Positions 18,089 through 28,851 of a stretch of DNA of 64,000 nucleotides are shown piece by piece. The stretch is from NCBI GenBank assembly GCA_965198235.1, contig OZ240248.1:4288001-4352000 (forward strand). Reading direction: 5' to 3'. The position numbers were made by a program, and so were the translations under genes. The number at the start of each line of letters is the position of its first letter. Position 1 is the stretch's first letter. The notes under the pieces are model-generated. The model was not told the origin of the DNA. It did no database searches and saw only the letters and a list, made by a program, of their open reading frames with translations. The stretch is from Candidatus Poribacteria bacterium. GTDB lineage: Bacteria; Poribacteria; WGA-4E; WGA-3G.

Positions 18089-21000
18089 TCAATTTCCAAT
18101 ATATGAACTGCCGTCTCCCCGCTTTCTAACGTTGATCTTGACGGGCAAACGTCTCGTTAACTCCTGAATGTGGCTGATGAGAAAGATACTTCGTCCTTGC
18201 GTACGGAGTCCTTCCAATGCGGCGATAGCAATGTCAAGCGTTTCGGTATCAAGCGTGCCGAAGCCTTCATCAAGGAAGAGCGAATTGAGTTGCGCGCGTC
18301 CGCGACTCAGATCGGCGAGCGCGAGTGCCAAAGCGAGACTCGTCAGGAACGATTCTCCACCAGAGAGCGTTTCAACAGGACGTTCTTCGTTGGCATTCCA
18401 CCTGTCAATAACAGTCAAATCACCGATCCCCTCAACTTTAAGTTGGTAACGCTCAGAGGTGAGGTAGCGCAACTGCACGTTGGCGATACTGCCCATCTGC
18501 TTGAACATAATCTCCAGAGCAAAATCGCGCAAGTCATTTCTCGGAATCGTGTCATGTAACCGCTGCCAACGCTTCAATTCCTGCTCAGCTGCTCTCATTT
18601 CATCACCAAGCGACTCACGTTTTTCGAGATCGCGTTTCAAGTCTTTGATTTTCTGTTGTTGTGCACCAACTTCCAGTTGTGCTGCTTGGAGTTGTTTTCC
18701 AATTTCTTCTACTTGGGCTTCAATCCGCGCTAATGCCTCCGGATCGAACGGCGTTTCCTCAAACCGGGTTCGCAACTTGGTAATCTCTACCGCAAGCTGC
18801 TGCTTTTCGTTCTCATGCACATCAATTTGGTCGGTGAGTTCTTGGATCTGCGAATCATCTCGGAAAGCGTTGTCGTGTGCTTCTGGTGAATCAAATCCTG
18901 CCTTACTTAACTTCTCAAAGTAAGCATCGCGCGCTATTTCAAGTTTTTCGGCGGATTCTTCATACTGTTCCGCACAATGCCTATGAGTAGTCTGCTTTTG
19001 GGTGAGTAACTTTTGACTGTTCTGCAATTGCTGTTGGGCTGCATCGCGCCTGCTCTCTTTCGACTGCAGTTCCGTCTCTAACGTCTCAATAGCAACGTTA
19101 ATCTCATTCTCCGTTTCCAATCCGTCAGTTTTCTTGCGAACAGTGTCCAAAAATGCTTCTCCTTCGCGTCGATACTCGTCTATTTCGGCTCGCAATTTCT
19201 CGTGATCCCTCTGCAACCTCTCAAAGTTGTGCTGGTCTGTCTCAATTTTAGTATTCAGCAGATTAAGTTTCGCCTTTGCACTATCCCGTTCATCCTTTCG
19301 CTTCTCAACCTCCTCAATCCTCTCGCTAAACTGCTCTTTAGCATTTTCAGGGGAGATGTCGTGAAAAGCCTCCGGTAGCAATTTCCAAAAACGCTTTTCA
19401 GTAGATGTAATGTCAGTTTTCAAGTCCTCAAGAGCATCGCTGATATCCTGCAACTCTTCCTCAGTTTTTTCCAAGGCCTCTTTCTCTCGCTGAATGCCGC
19501 TCTCGCAAGTTTCAAATTGTTGTACTGCCGTTTGGCAAGCATGCGATGCCTGTATATGTGCTTGCTCGGCTTCCCTGAGGTTATCAATAGCAGTATCCGC
19601 CTCCTTAATCTGCTCGACTATCCACTCTGATGAAATATCAGGGTCCGGATATATCTCCTGCCATTCCGCGAGAAACTGTGCTATCTTGTGGTCCTGCAGT
19701 GCCGCTATTTCCGCCTCACAATCTTCAATTTGCTCAGCAGTGTTGCGTCTATTCTGTTGAGTTTGAACCTGTCTCGTTTGCAGAGCCTGCCTCTGCTCCT
19801 GCGCGGCTTGTGCCTCAACTTTCGCACTTTCTAATGCCTTTTCAGCGTCTTGCAGTCGTTCCTCGTCTTCAGGTTCTACGGCATCAGCGGACGGATGCTC
19901 CGTTGCCCCACACACCAAGCAGGGTTCTCCGGCGTGAAGATGCTGCCGAAGTTGATTGATTGGGTTTGCCAAAAGCGCGGATTCTCGCGCCGATTCACAA
20001 CGTTCAACTGCTTCTTCCAGATGCTGAGATACCTGCGCTTGGCTCGTCAATTCGGCTTCGATCTGTCCAAGTTCTGTGTCCAACGCTGCTTTTGCCTTGT
20101 TTAATTCGCGCAAATGATTTTTGGAGTTCGTCAAGTCATCTGCCGCTGATTCAATTTTTTGCGCAATAGGCTGTGCTTTGGTAGCCTTCTGTTTTCGGGT
20201 ATTCCATTCTTCCCGAGTGCCAGTTGCCAGCAGTGCATTCAGTTCAGCAGAGGCTTCTTCTAACGTAGCCTCTGCATCTGTCTTTTCCGCAAGCCCTTCT
20301 TCAAGAGTCTTAGACAATTTTTCAATTCCACGTTTTGACGACGACACTTTCTTTTCGTGCTGCGCTTTGTTCGCCGAAACCGTTTCCAACTGCTTTTCTT
20401 GTGAACCGAGTTCTACCAAAAGACCTGTTGCTTGGTTGAGGCAGTGTTGTCGATTTGACGGAAGCGGATTCTCATCTAAGAAGGTTTGCGCCGACTGAAT
20501 CTGTTCTTCCAACTGAGCTCGCTCAGTTTGTCTGCTGTCCAATTGGCTTGACAACCCTTTAATCTGTTCACCCAAGTTTTCCAAATCTGGAGTCCGTTTC
20601 CCTGCCTCCGTAAATCGATTTTCTGCTCGTTCTACATCTGCTTTTGCTTCTGCGTAGACCGCTACTTTCCGATCGCGTTCAGTGGATGCGGTCTGATACG
20701 CCTCCTCTTTTTTATCAAAATCGGCTTGGTCGGTTTTAACTTGCGCCTCTGCATCCGTTTTCTCCGTCGTTGCTACACGAAGTAACTCCTCTGCATCTTT
20801 CAGCTCCGATTTCGCGATATCGGACACCTGTTTTTCAGGACGCAGACCATTCGCACGCTGCGCTCGTTCCCGTTCTTCCTCAAGATTATCAATCTCCGTT
20901 TGCTGCTCCGAGAGTTCCGTTTGACGTTTTTCTGAGGACTGGAGTCTTGCAAAATCCTCTTTCCGCTTCGCTTCCCGCTCCATCTCCTCCTGAATCTCCT

Positions 21001-21685
21001 TGCTTTGTAGCACTAATGCCGCAACTTCCTGTTGTTGTCTATCAAGTTCCGCCTCAGCTTGTGTGAGTTGTTCGCGAGACACTTCGGGAATAGTGCCAAG
21101 TTTTTGCAAAACCTCCTGATGTTCAGCCTCAACCGCATTCACCTTGTCATTTAACGCTTGTCTGAGTATGTCATAGATGTGGATGCCCGCGGTCGCCTCC
21201 AAAATCGTCCGCCTATCTTCTCTGCTTGCTTTCAAAAACGCAGCGAACTCACCTTGCGCCAACATGACAGAGCGTCTGAAAGCATTGAAATCAAGCCCTA
21301 AGATAGATTCTACTTCTTGAGCAACCTTAGTTGTGATTAAGTCCCCAGATTCATCATACAATCGACCTTGAGGAGAACCTTTACCACTAATAGACCAAGT
21401 GGCATGATAACGCTTGCTATTTGCCTCAAAATAAACTTCAGCGAACCCCTCGGTTTCTCCATGACTGATCAGATGCCGCGGATGTTGGTTTTTCGTTCCA
21501 TGCAAGCGCGGCGTTTTTCCGTAGAGGGCGACGCAAATTGCGTCCAACAAAGTCGTTTTCCCGGCACCGGTTGGGCCGGTAATTGCTACAAGTGATGCAT
21601 CACCCAATGGCGAACTTTCAAAGTCCAGATCAACTTCCTGACGAAAACTATTCAGATTTTTAAGCTTCAGTTTACATAATTTCAT
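18089..21685 (-). CDS. sbcC: SbcC (Rad50-like SMC ATPase)
   Basis: GPTGAGKT, coiled coil, CLVCG zinc hook, LSGGE, FLDEGFGTLD. Confidence 0.95.
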   Translation of the reverse strand: MKLCKLKLKNLNSFRQEVDLDFESSPLGDASLVAITGPTGAGKTTLLDAICVALYGKTPRLHGTKNQHPRHLISHGETEGFAEVYFEANSKRYHATWSISGKGSPQGRLYDESGDLITTKVAQEVESILGLDFNAFRRSVMLAQGEFAAFLKASREDRRTILEATAGIHIYDILRQALNDKVNAVEAEHQEVLQKLGTIPEVSREQLTQAEAELDRQQQEVAALVLQSKEIQEEMEREAKRKEDFARLQSSEKRQTELSEQQTEIDNLEEERERAQRANGLRPEKQVSDIAKSELKDAEELLRVATTEKTDAEAQVKTDQADFDKKEEAYQTASTERDRKVAVYAEAKADVERAENRFTEAGKRTPDLENLGEQIKGLSSQLDSRQTERAQLEEQIQSAQTFLDENPLPSNRQHCLNQATGLLVELGSQEKQLETVSANKAQHEKKVSSSKRGIEKLSKTLEEGLAEKTDAEATLEEASAELNALLATGTREEWNTRKQKATKAQPIAQKIESAADDLTNSKNHLRELNKAKAALDTELGQIEAELTSQAQVSQHLEEAVERCESARESALLANPINQLRQHLHAGEPCLVCGATEHPSADAVEPEDEERLQDAEKALESAKVEAQAAQEQRQALQTRQVQTQQNRRNTAEQIEDCEAEIAALQDHKIAQFLAEWQEIYPDPDISSEWIVEQIKEADTAIDNLREAEQAHIQASHACQTAVQQFETCESGIQREKEALEKTEEELQDISDALEDLKTDITSTEKRFWKLLPEAFHDISPENAKEQFSERIEEVEKRKDERDSAKAKLNLLNTKIETDQHNFERLQRDHEKLRAEIDEYRREGEAFLDTVRKKTDGLETENEINVAIETLETELQSKESRRDAAQQQLQNSQKLLTQKQTTHRHCAEQYEESAEKLEIARDAYFEKLSKAGFDSPEAHDNAFRDDSQIQELTDQIDVHENEKQQLAVEITKLRTRFEETPFDPEALARIEAQVEEIGKQLQAAQLEVGAQQQKIKDLKRDLEKRESLGDEMRAAEQELKRWQRLHDTIPRNDLRDFALEIMFKQMGSIANVQLRYLTSERYQLKVEGIGDLTVIDRWNANEERPVETLSGGESFLTSLALALALADLSRGRAQLNSLFLDEGFGTLDTETLDIAIAALEGLRTQGRSIFLISHIQELTRRLPVKINVRKRGDGSSYIGN

Positions 21686-22854
21686 TGTTCCTCCGAAACC
21701 ATTTGTAATAATTCATTGAAAGTTCGCGCTAAATTATCATCCGGCGGTTCACCTTCAAACCTCGACTTATGAAATTGCTCAAAGATTTCTTCGGGACGCT
21801 TCATATCTTCAACAGATATCTCGGGACCACGCGTTGTCTCCGGCAGCTCAACTTCAACAACCAAAACCTCTCCACCCCGATCACTGAAGACTTGGCGTAT
21901 CTCATCACTGATGCCGACCCTCGGTGTGTCTAATGTCAACTTGACCTGGATGTACTTGCCCTCCCAGTTCCCCGTCATTGCCGCTGACAAAACGCAATTC
22001 TCATTACCTTCAACAGTACACAATTCCTTGAAAACGGGGATCTCAATTTCTTTATCTTGGGTCAGTGAGCCATCGTCAGACACCTCCATCAGATACACTT
22101 TCTTGCGATACTCCGCTTCGTTAAACCTCAGCGGAATCGGCGAACCTGAATACCGAATTGGATAATCGGTACCCTTGATCGTCTGTGGCCTATGAAGATG
22201 CCCGAGGGCAACATAATCCACACCCTCTGGGAAATCACTGGCGTGAATAGCAGTAGCACCCCCAATCTGAATATTTCGCTCAGAATCGGTTACTTTCCCA
22301 CCTTGAACGAAGAGATGTCCCATTAAAATTTTAGGGAGTTCTACAGGCATACATGCGACACAATCGGCGTAGAATGCCTTAAGCCACTCCCGATACCGAT
22401 CGTTTCTTTCTGCCTCCGTTTGATATGAGAAATGTCGAAGCTCGCTTTCTAAGAGGTATGGAACAGCCGCAACCATGACGCGCGGGTTGTCGGGTGGAAA
22501 CAGTAAAACACATTTGGCAGGCTCGGTGGTAAGTCCAACAACGTAAATTCTGCCCATTTCGAGAAATTCCCGTGGGGCTTCCAAGTGTCGCGCAGAATCG
22601 TGATTACCCGCTGTAATCACCGCGTATGCATCAGTTTCATCAAAAAGACGATAGAGAAACCGATAATAGAGGTTTGTTGCTTCTGCTGACGGAAGGGAGG
22701 TATCAAAAATATCGCCTGAAACGAGGAGGAGATCGACTTTACGTTTCTGAATTGTTTCAAGGAGCCAGTCCAAGAATTGTTCGTGTTCGTCAAGTCGGGA
22801 ACGTTCGTGGAGTCGTTGGCCGATGTGCCAATCGGCGGTGTGCAGAATTCTCAT
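21682..22854 (-). CDS. sbcD: SbcD (Mre11-like nuclease)
   Basis: MRILHTADWHIG, GDIFD, GNHDS, ALGHLH, YSGSP. Confidence 0.95.
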   Translation of the reverse strand: MRILHTADWHIGQRLHERSRLDEHEQFLDWLLETIQKRKVDLLLVSGDIFDTSLPSAEATNLYYRFLYRLFDETDAYAVITAGNHDSARHLEAPREFLEMGRIYVVGLTTEPAKCVLLFPPDNPRVMVAAVPYLLESELRHFSYQTEAERNDRYREWLKAFYADCVACMPVELPKILMGHLFVQGGKVTDSERNIQIGGATAIHASDFPEGVDYVALGHLHRPQTIKGTDYPIRYSGSPIPLRFNEAEYRKKVYLMEVSDDGSLTQDKEIEIPVFKELCTVEGNENCVLSAAMTGNWEGKYIQVKLTLDTPRVGISDEIRQVFSDRGGEVLVVEVELPETTRGPEISVEDMKRPEEIFEQFHKSRFEGEPPDDNLARTFNELLQMVSEEQ

Positions 22855-23081
22855 ATTTTTCGTAAGTTTACCACCCGTTGTAGATTGTTTCGCGGATCTA
22901 ATAGGCATTATCGTAACAAATCCCAAGCCTTTTTTCAAGCAAATTAACCATTGCAAAAAAATACGGGGCATGATAGACTAAAAGCCATTCTGAAGTCATT
23001 CGCTTTTGACGTTCGCTGTCTACGACGAAAAAACAATATTTTCCCATCACTGGCAGCAGGTGGGAGTAAGGAGTTAGACCT

Positions 23082-24284
23082 ATGAGTAACAACGGACGGA
23101 CCTTAACCGCAGAACTGAAAGAAATGGAAGTCTACGGCGAAACGCGGGTCGGGTGGGATGAGAATACACCCGTCAATGAAACCGTCGATGCGGAAGGAAA
23201 TCTTTTCCCCGGCAAAAGAGGATTTGGTGTAGCAGATCCCAATTCACCCAAACGCCGTGTCTACGACGATACGGAGGTCGAAGCATTACGTGAAAAACTA
23301 CACGAGCACAACGGCATTCACGGACTTGAAATCTGCGAACCCCACGAAACCAAGAAAATCGCTCGAATCTTCCATCGCGATGGTTTCGCTGTCGTTAAAG
23401 ACCTCCTCAACGCCGAGCAACTCGCACGCTGGCGAGCAGGATGCGCCGAAGCACTTCGTGACATCCTCTCAATACCCGGACCAGGGGACAGAAAATACAT
23501 AGCCGAAACCGGACGCCTACCACATCGCTATAGCTACGGCACCTCTTCCGCTTCAAGACAGATGCTGCACCACTCCGCTTGGGCAAGCATGATAGATCTA
23601 CCGACAACAACCCCCATCGTCACAGAAATTTTCGGTTCTTCAGATTATCGTGTCTGGGGTTCAGGTGGAGACCTCTGCCTCCCCGGTGCAGTAGAGTATC
23701 AACACTTGCATCCCGACGGCAGGGATCCACAGCACCTCTCCGAAGCACGCATCAAGCAAGCAGAACTCCTCGGTGTTCAACTCCATAGAGATGACAACGG
23801 AAACCTTGATGTCCCATCAGAAAAGATGATTATGGAAATGACACCGCCGACCGTAACCATTAACTTCGTCATGTGTGATCTGACTTGGGAAAACGGTCCG
23901 ATTCGTCAGATTCCAGGGACACATACACTGCAACAGAATCCGCCGCCTCCGGGCGATGAACCCGATTGGATGAAACATTCAACGCTCGTCGGTGCGACAG
24001 CTGGTTCCGGTGTGTTCCGAGATAATCGCGCATGGCACGGTGCAACTCCCAATCTCTCAAAAGAGATTCGCGCATTGCCTAATGTCGAGTACGCCTCACC
24101 GTGGCGTTCACAACACGGTTTCAGCAGGATTATGCCGCACGAAATTTGGGAAACCTTGACACCACACGCTCAGAAATTATGTGATTGGATCAAAGCGGAC
24201 CCAGGTGTCTGGCCCCCCGGTGCCGGTATTATGCATCCGCTCGCAAGCAAGCGCGCAGAAGCAGCAAAAGGACGGAACAGTTAA
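23082..24284 (+). CDS. Phytanoyl-CoA dioxygenase family protein
   Basis: FHRDGF, QHLHPD, NGPIRQIPGTH, WHGA. Confidence 0.85.
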   Translation: MSNNGRTLTAELKEMEVYGETRVGWDENTPVNETVDAEGNLFPGKRGFGVADPNSPKRRVYDDTEVEALREKLHEHNGIHGLEICEPHETKKIARIFHRDGFAVVKDLLNAEQLARWRAGCAEALRDILSIPGPGDRKYIAETGRLPHRYSYGTSSASRQMLHHSAWASMIDLPTTTPIVTEIFGSSDYRVWGSGGDLCLPGAVEYQHLHPDGRDPQHLSEARIKQAELLGVQLHRDDNGNLDVPSEKMIMEMTPPTVTINFVMCDLTWENGPIRQIPGTHTLQQNPPPPGDEPDWMKHSTLVGATAGSGVFRDNRAWHGATPNLSKEIRALPNVEYASPWRSQHGFSRIMPHEIWETLTPHAQKLCDWIKADPGVWPPGAGIMHPLASKRAEAAKGRNS

Positions 24285-24300
24285 CAGGAGGAAACAGGAT

Positions 24301-25341
24301 ATGTTAAACTGGGGCGTTATGGGTGCAGGTGGCATCGCGTATGTCTTCTGCAACGGAATACGTTTTACAGACTCCGGGCAGATTCTTGCCGTAGCGAGTC
24401 GTACCCAATCCCGTATGGACAGGCTCGTCAACGATTATTCGATTCCGCGTCAATACAACGATTACGCTGATCTGCTGACGGATGACGACATTGATGCTGT
24501 CTATATAGCGACAATTCATCCACTTCATGCGGAGTGGGCGATAAAGTGTGCCGAGGCAGGAAAACATCTGCTCATTGAGAAACCGATCAGCATGAACCAC
24601 GCCGAAGCCGCGGCTATGGTAGACGCAGCACGCGAAAATGACGTGTTTCTCATGGAAGCCTTTATGTATCGTTGCCATCCACAGGTAGCAAAGGTGGTTG
24701 AACTGATACAGGACGGCACGATCGGTGATGTTCAAGTCATCCGTGCGACGTTCGGCTACCGTTCGGGTTTCAACCCGCAGAGTCGGATCTATAACCATGA
24801 AATGGGAGGTGGTGGTATCCTTGACATCGGAGGCTATACCGCTTCAATGGCTCGGAAAATCGCAGGTGCAGCGGTGAATGAACTGTTTCTGGATCCGATC
24901 TCTGTAAAAGGAAACGGGAAAGTCGGTCCTACGGGTGTTGACCATATCGCAGCTGCGACCCTGAAATTTGAGAACGACATTATCGCGGAGATAATTTGTG
25001 CCGTTGAATGCAGTTACGGAAGTAGCGTTATCGTCTACGGCACGGAGGGAACGCTAACGATTCCGAACCCATGGCTGCCATCATCGCCTTGCCGAGGTGC
25101 GAGGACCCCGTTGCCACCTGACACAACTTTCCCCGCGACGCAACTTATCATCCAATCGTCCCAGAGCAGAGAAACCACCGAAGTGACAATCGCTGCTGAT
25201 AGGGATCTGTTTACTTACGAAGCGGATACGGTAGCCAACCATATCGCAGATCGGCAAGCACCGGTGATGTCTTGGAACGACACGCTCGGTAACATGCAAC
25301 TGCTGGACGCTTGGCTCGCAGAGGTAGGCGTTGTTCATTAA
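24301..25341 (+). CDS. Gfo/Idh/MocA oxidoreductase
   Basis: WGVMGAGGIA, EKP, GGGILDIGGY. Confidence 0.9.
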   Translation: MLNWGVMGAGGIAYVFCNGIRFTDSGQILAVASRTQSRMDRLVNDYSIPRQYNDYADLLTDDDIDAVYIATIHPLHAEWAIKCAEAGKHLLIEKPISMNHAEAAAMVDAARENDVFLMEAFMYRCHPQVAKVVELIQDGTIGDVQVIRATFGYRSGFNPQSRIYNHEMGGGGILDIGGYTASMARKIAGAAVNELFLDPISVKGNGKVGPTGVDHIAAATLKFENDIIAEIICAVECSYGSSVIVYGTEGTLTIPNPWLPSSPCRGARTPLPPDTTFPATQLIIQSSQSRETTEVTIAADRDLFTYEADTVANHIADRQAPVMSWNDTLGNMQLLDAWLAEVGVVH

Positions 25342-25389
25342 GAAGTATGCAGGACGTAGAATTCCACAATCATTCAGGAGTTACTATCG

Positions 25390-26601
25390 ATGGTGAGAGA
25401 CGAAATTTTTCAGGAACGCGTTGTCCGGGTTGAAAAGCCGTCGGCGCACTTTACACTACTTCGTAACGCCGATGGCGATTTCCTCGGCGTGTCTGACACT
25501 AACGAACTCGCAACTTTTGACTATACCGACGATAAAGCGATATGGGAACAGGTCAAAGGTGCCGATGCTTACCGCCACGTCGTCACGGATATTCAACTCG
25601 AAGCCGAATCCCCTGACGCTGAGAACGGCTGCTATCTTCGTCATAATGGGGATCCACTCGCGAGTGACGGCAGCGTAGGAAACGAAGGTGCCGTGTTCTC
25701 CGTTGGACACGGTCCGGCACACCTGCCATCCGAATATCTGGAATCATTCAAGCAAAATGGATGGGCATGCCTCCCATCTATCATCGCCCTTGATATTGTC
25801 GAAGAGTTGGAACGGGTAAGTGGCACCGGTCGCTGGGAAGATGGAACCTACGATCGAAGTATTCCTCCGTTGAATCAGACCGCAGCGGTGGCAAAAATTG
25901 CAACGGAACCCGTCTCCTTGTGGCTCATGCGGCAATACATGCAGACGCAGGAAATCCGGCTTGGACATTCTCCGAGTTTCGCCATACTCCTCAAAGACGA
26001 CGGCAAGCGGAACGTTCAAGGTTGGCACTCAGATTTTCCTTACCTCTGGGGCATTGCCGGTAGTGAGGTTGTCAATCGAATACCGGTTCACAAGGTCGAT
26101 GGTTTGGTCATGGGTGTCCAGCGTAATCTGTGCGTCTCAGAATTCCGCAAGGAAAACGGGGCGACCTGTTTCAAACTTGGATCCCACATACTCGGTCAAG
26201 GTCCGCCGATAGAGTGGGGAAACGGAAATGCCTCCAGGCAGGAAGACTACCGTGAGTCCAAAGGATTGCCATACACCGGACCGGATGCAGATGTGGTCGA
26301 GGCACCGCCGGGTAGCTACATCGTCTACGATTCTCGGATTTGGCATCGCGCTGGCGTAAATCGCACGCCGCATAAGCGCGCCGCGATGTTGCAGGCGGTA
26401 ATTCCGATGTACATCATGCCGTTCATGGATACAAGTCGTCCGTACAAAGACTTTATCCACAGCCCCTTGGCAGAAGAACTGACTGCGCTTGAGCATAAAG
26501 AACTTGAGGCGATCATGGTAAATAAGATGGTTGGACCACAGGGGCATCTGGCAATCACCGTTGACGAAGAATTGACTGAGAAAATACGTCCACCTCAGTA
26601 G
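25390..26601 (+). CDS. Phytanoyl-CoA dioxygenase family protein with extra N-terminal beta-rich domain
   Basis: FKQNGW, GWHSD, NGAT, WHRAG; about 110 aa N-terminal extension. Confidence 0.8.
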   Translation: MVRDEIFQERVVRVEKPSAHFTLLRNADGDFLGVSDTNELATFDYTDDKAIWEQVKGADAYRHVVTDIQLEAESPDAENGCYLRHNGDPLASDGSVGNEGAVFSVGHGPAHLPSEYLESFKQNGWACLPSIIALDIVEELERVSGTGRWEDGTYDRSIPPLNQTAAVAKIATEPVSLWLMRQYMQTQEIRLGHSPSFAILLKDDGKRNVQGWHSDFPYLWGIAGSEVVNRIPVHKVDGLVMGVQRNLCVSEFRKENGATCFKLGSHILGQGPPIEWGNGNASRQEDYRESKGLPYTGPDADVVEAPPGSYIVYDSRIWHRAGVNRTPHKRAAMLQAVIPMYIMPFMDTSRPYKDFIHSPLAEELTALEHKELEAIMVNKMVGPQGHLAITVDEELTEKIRPPQ

Positions 26602-26629
26602 CATCATTAAGCGCGAAGGAGACAAAGAT

Positions 26630-27844
26630 ATGCGGAAAGCCAAGATTGCATCCGTAGGTTGTGGTTGGGTCGCAAAACGTTGGCATCTGCCAACAATCGC
26701 TGAGTTGACGAAAAGAGGGGATCTGGATTACATAGCCGTATGTGACGCAGACGCGGATACCGCTCGCGAAGCCGGTGAAGAGTACGGTCTACCTTACTAT
26801 ACGGATGTCGAGGAGATGCTGGAAAAACACAGTGACATCGACGTTGTAGACATCAGCACCGGCGATTATACACATCATCCTATCGCGAAGATAGTCGCTG
26901 AACACAAGATGCACCCGATCGTCGAAAAACCGATGGCACCCACCCTCGCCTGCTGTGATGTGATAATAGACAGTTGCAAAAAAAACGGGGTCCATTTTGA
27001 GGTCGCCGAAAACTATTTTCGGATGCCGGGGGATCGAATCATCATAAAACTCATTCAGGAAGGTGTGCTTGGTGACATTGTGCGGGTTCACTTTATCGAA
27101 CCTTCCGGACGTAGGGGGTTTGTGCACGGAGCAGGAAAGCCGCGCGGCATAGAGTCGCCTATCTCAACATTTACTTCCCACTCCGGCGTTTGCATTGACA
27201 TGGGCGTTCACCGGATGTCCCAGATTCGGTTTTATGCCCAAAGCGAACCGAAGAGAATCACCGGAATCACCAAGCAATTCGTTCCGGGACCCAACAGAGT
27301 TTACGAAGATTGGGGTCACGCGGTTATTGAATTTGAAAGCGGTGCTGTTGGTGTTTATGAAACCTCTCAGGTCGGGGAAGAAACGATTAAGTACAGACAG
27401 ATTATGGGAACGAAAGGCGTGATAACAGATGTCGATTACTGGACACCTGATTTCCCGCTGCGTGCTCTCGTCAACGGTGAAATGCAGGATATTCCGATCG
27501 AAACGGAACGGCATCAGGTTGACGGAGTAGACGTTCTTTCCAGAATCATCGTGCATACCGATCCACAGATTGTTTATGAAAACCCTTTCAGAGCTTACGC
27601 AATAGACGATTGGAACGTCGGAACCGCTGAGGAGATTATGACGATAGCGAGGGCGGCACTCACAGGAGAGCCACCGGAGTACGGCATCGGCGGCAGGAAA
27701 GATGTAGAGATGTGTATCGCTTTATATGAATCCTCACGGACGGGAATGATGCCCATCGACCTCCCGATAACGGAAACGACCGGCTATGAGCAGATGGTCC
27801 ACGACGAATTCCGCCAAAAATTCGGACACACCATTGATGCATAA
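26630..27844 (+). CDS. Gfo/Idh/MocA oxidoreductase
   Basis: VGCGWVA, EKPMA, AENY, DMGVH. Confidence 0.9.
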   Translation: MRKAKIASVGCGWVAKRWHLPTIAELTKRGDLDYIAVCDADADTAREAGEEYGLPYYTDVEEMLEKHSDIDVVDISTGDYTHHPIAKIVAEHKMHPIVEKPMAPTLACCDVIIDSCKKNGVHFEVAENYFRMPGDRIIIKLIQEGVLGDIVRVHFIEPSGRRGFVHGAGKPRGIESPISTFTSHSGVCIDMGVHRMSQIRFYAQSEPKRITGITKQFVPGPNRVYEDWGHAVIEFESGAVGVYETSQVGEETIKYRQIMGTKGVITDVDYWTPDFPLRALVNGEMQDIPIETERHQVDGVDVLSRIIVHTDPQIVYENPFRAYAIDDWNVGTAEEIMTIARAALTGEPPEYGIGGRKDVEMCIALYESSRTGMMPIDLPITETTGYEQMVHDEFRQKFGHTIDA

Positions 27845-27894
27845 TGGTATCTATTTACAGAACCAGTTTTTCCAATTCAAAGTAGGGCGGTTTC

Positions 27895-28206
27895 ATGAAG
27901 ATTAGGAATTTAATTCGGTAATGTGGAGGGTCCATCGTCTGAACTGTGATTTCTCTGATTCAGGACTTACGCAAATTGAGCACACGGTGGTAGATTTTGC
28001 CTTTTAAACCCCCTAAATCCCCCTTATCAGGGGGACTTATGAACGCGCTGCGTAAATCCTATGATTATATGATTTATGTGATGAGAGAACTTCTTGGTTT
28101 AGAATCTCGCTTACAGGATTACCGAAATATTTATTTAAACTTCATATAACGGCACTATAAGCACTATTTAGTTCCGTAGGTTGGGTTGAGCCTCGCGAAA
28201 CTCAAT
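27895..28206. repeat. Nested cluster of MITE/REP-like elements
   Basis: Outer IR ATGAAG..TTCGGTAAT / ATTACCGAA..CTTCAT; inner IR AGGACTTACGCA / TGCGTAAATCCT; central CCCCCT..AGGGGG hairpin; REP GTAGGTTGGGTTGAG at 28176. Confidence 0.7.
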
Positions 28207-28361
28207 TTCCTTCCCATAGCAGGCTTACTCCGTTTTACTTTTCTACTTAACCCCTAAAACATAACAACGCCAGCAGCCATGAAAAAACTTTGCAAATTTT
28301 TCTAATCCATTATATACTTTTTACGGCAAAGGCAATACTTCAGAGAAAAAGGAACACGCGC

Positions 28362-28820
28362 ATGAACATTCTCGTTCTCCACGGACCGAACCTACATCTC
28401 CTGGGAAAACGCCAACCCGAAATCTACGGACACCAAACGTTATCAGACATCAACGCTATGCTCGACCGACACGCAGCGGCATCGCCTCACGCGATTACAC
28501 TCAAAATCTTTCAATCCAATCACGAAGGCGAACTCGTTTCTATCATCGGAGACCACATCGACTGGGCTGACGGTATCTTGATTAATCCTGCAGCCTACAC
28601 ACATACCAGTGTCGCCATCCGAGATGCTCTCTCTACCGTCGCACTACCCGTCATAGAGATTCATCTCTCTAACATTTACGCCCGCGAAGAATTTCGGCAT
28701 CATTCCTACATATCAGCAGTTGCTGTCGGTGTCATAGGTGGTTTCGGAACACATAGTTACACCCTTGCTCTTGAAGCAATAATCCAAATCTTACAACAAA
28801 AACTTGAACCATCGAAATAA
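28362..28820 (+). CDS. aroQ: Type II 3-dehydroquinate dehydratase
   Basis: [47 protein letters not shown]. Confidence 0.97.
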   Translation: MNILVLHGPNLHLLGKRQPEIYGHQTLSDINAMLDRHAAASPHAITLKIFQSNHEGELVSIIGDHIDWADGILINPAAYTHTSVAIRDALSTVALPVIEIHLSNIYAREEFRHHSYISAVAVGVIGGFGTHSYTLALEAIIQILQQKLEPSK

Positions 28821-28851
28821 TAACACATCATCAAAAAGAAGGAATCCCTCT

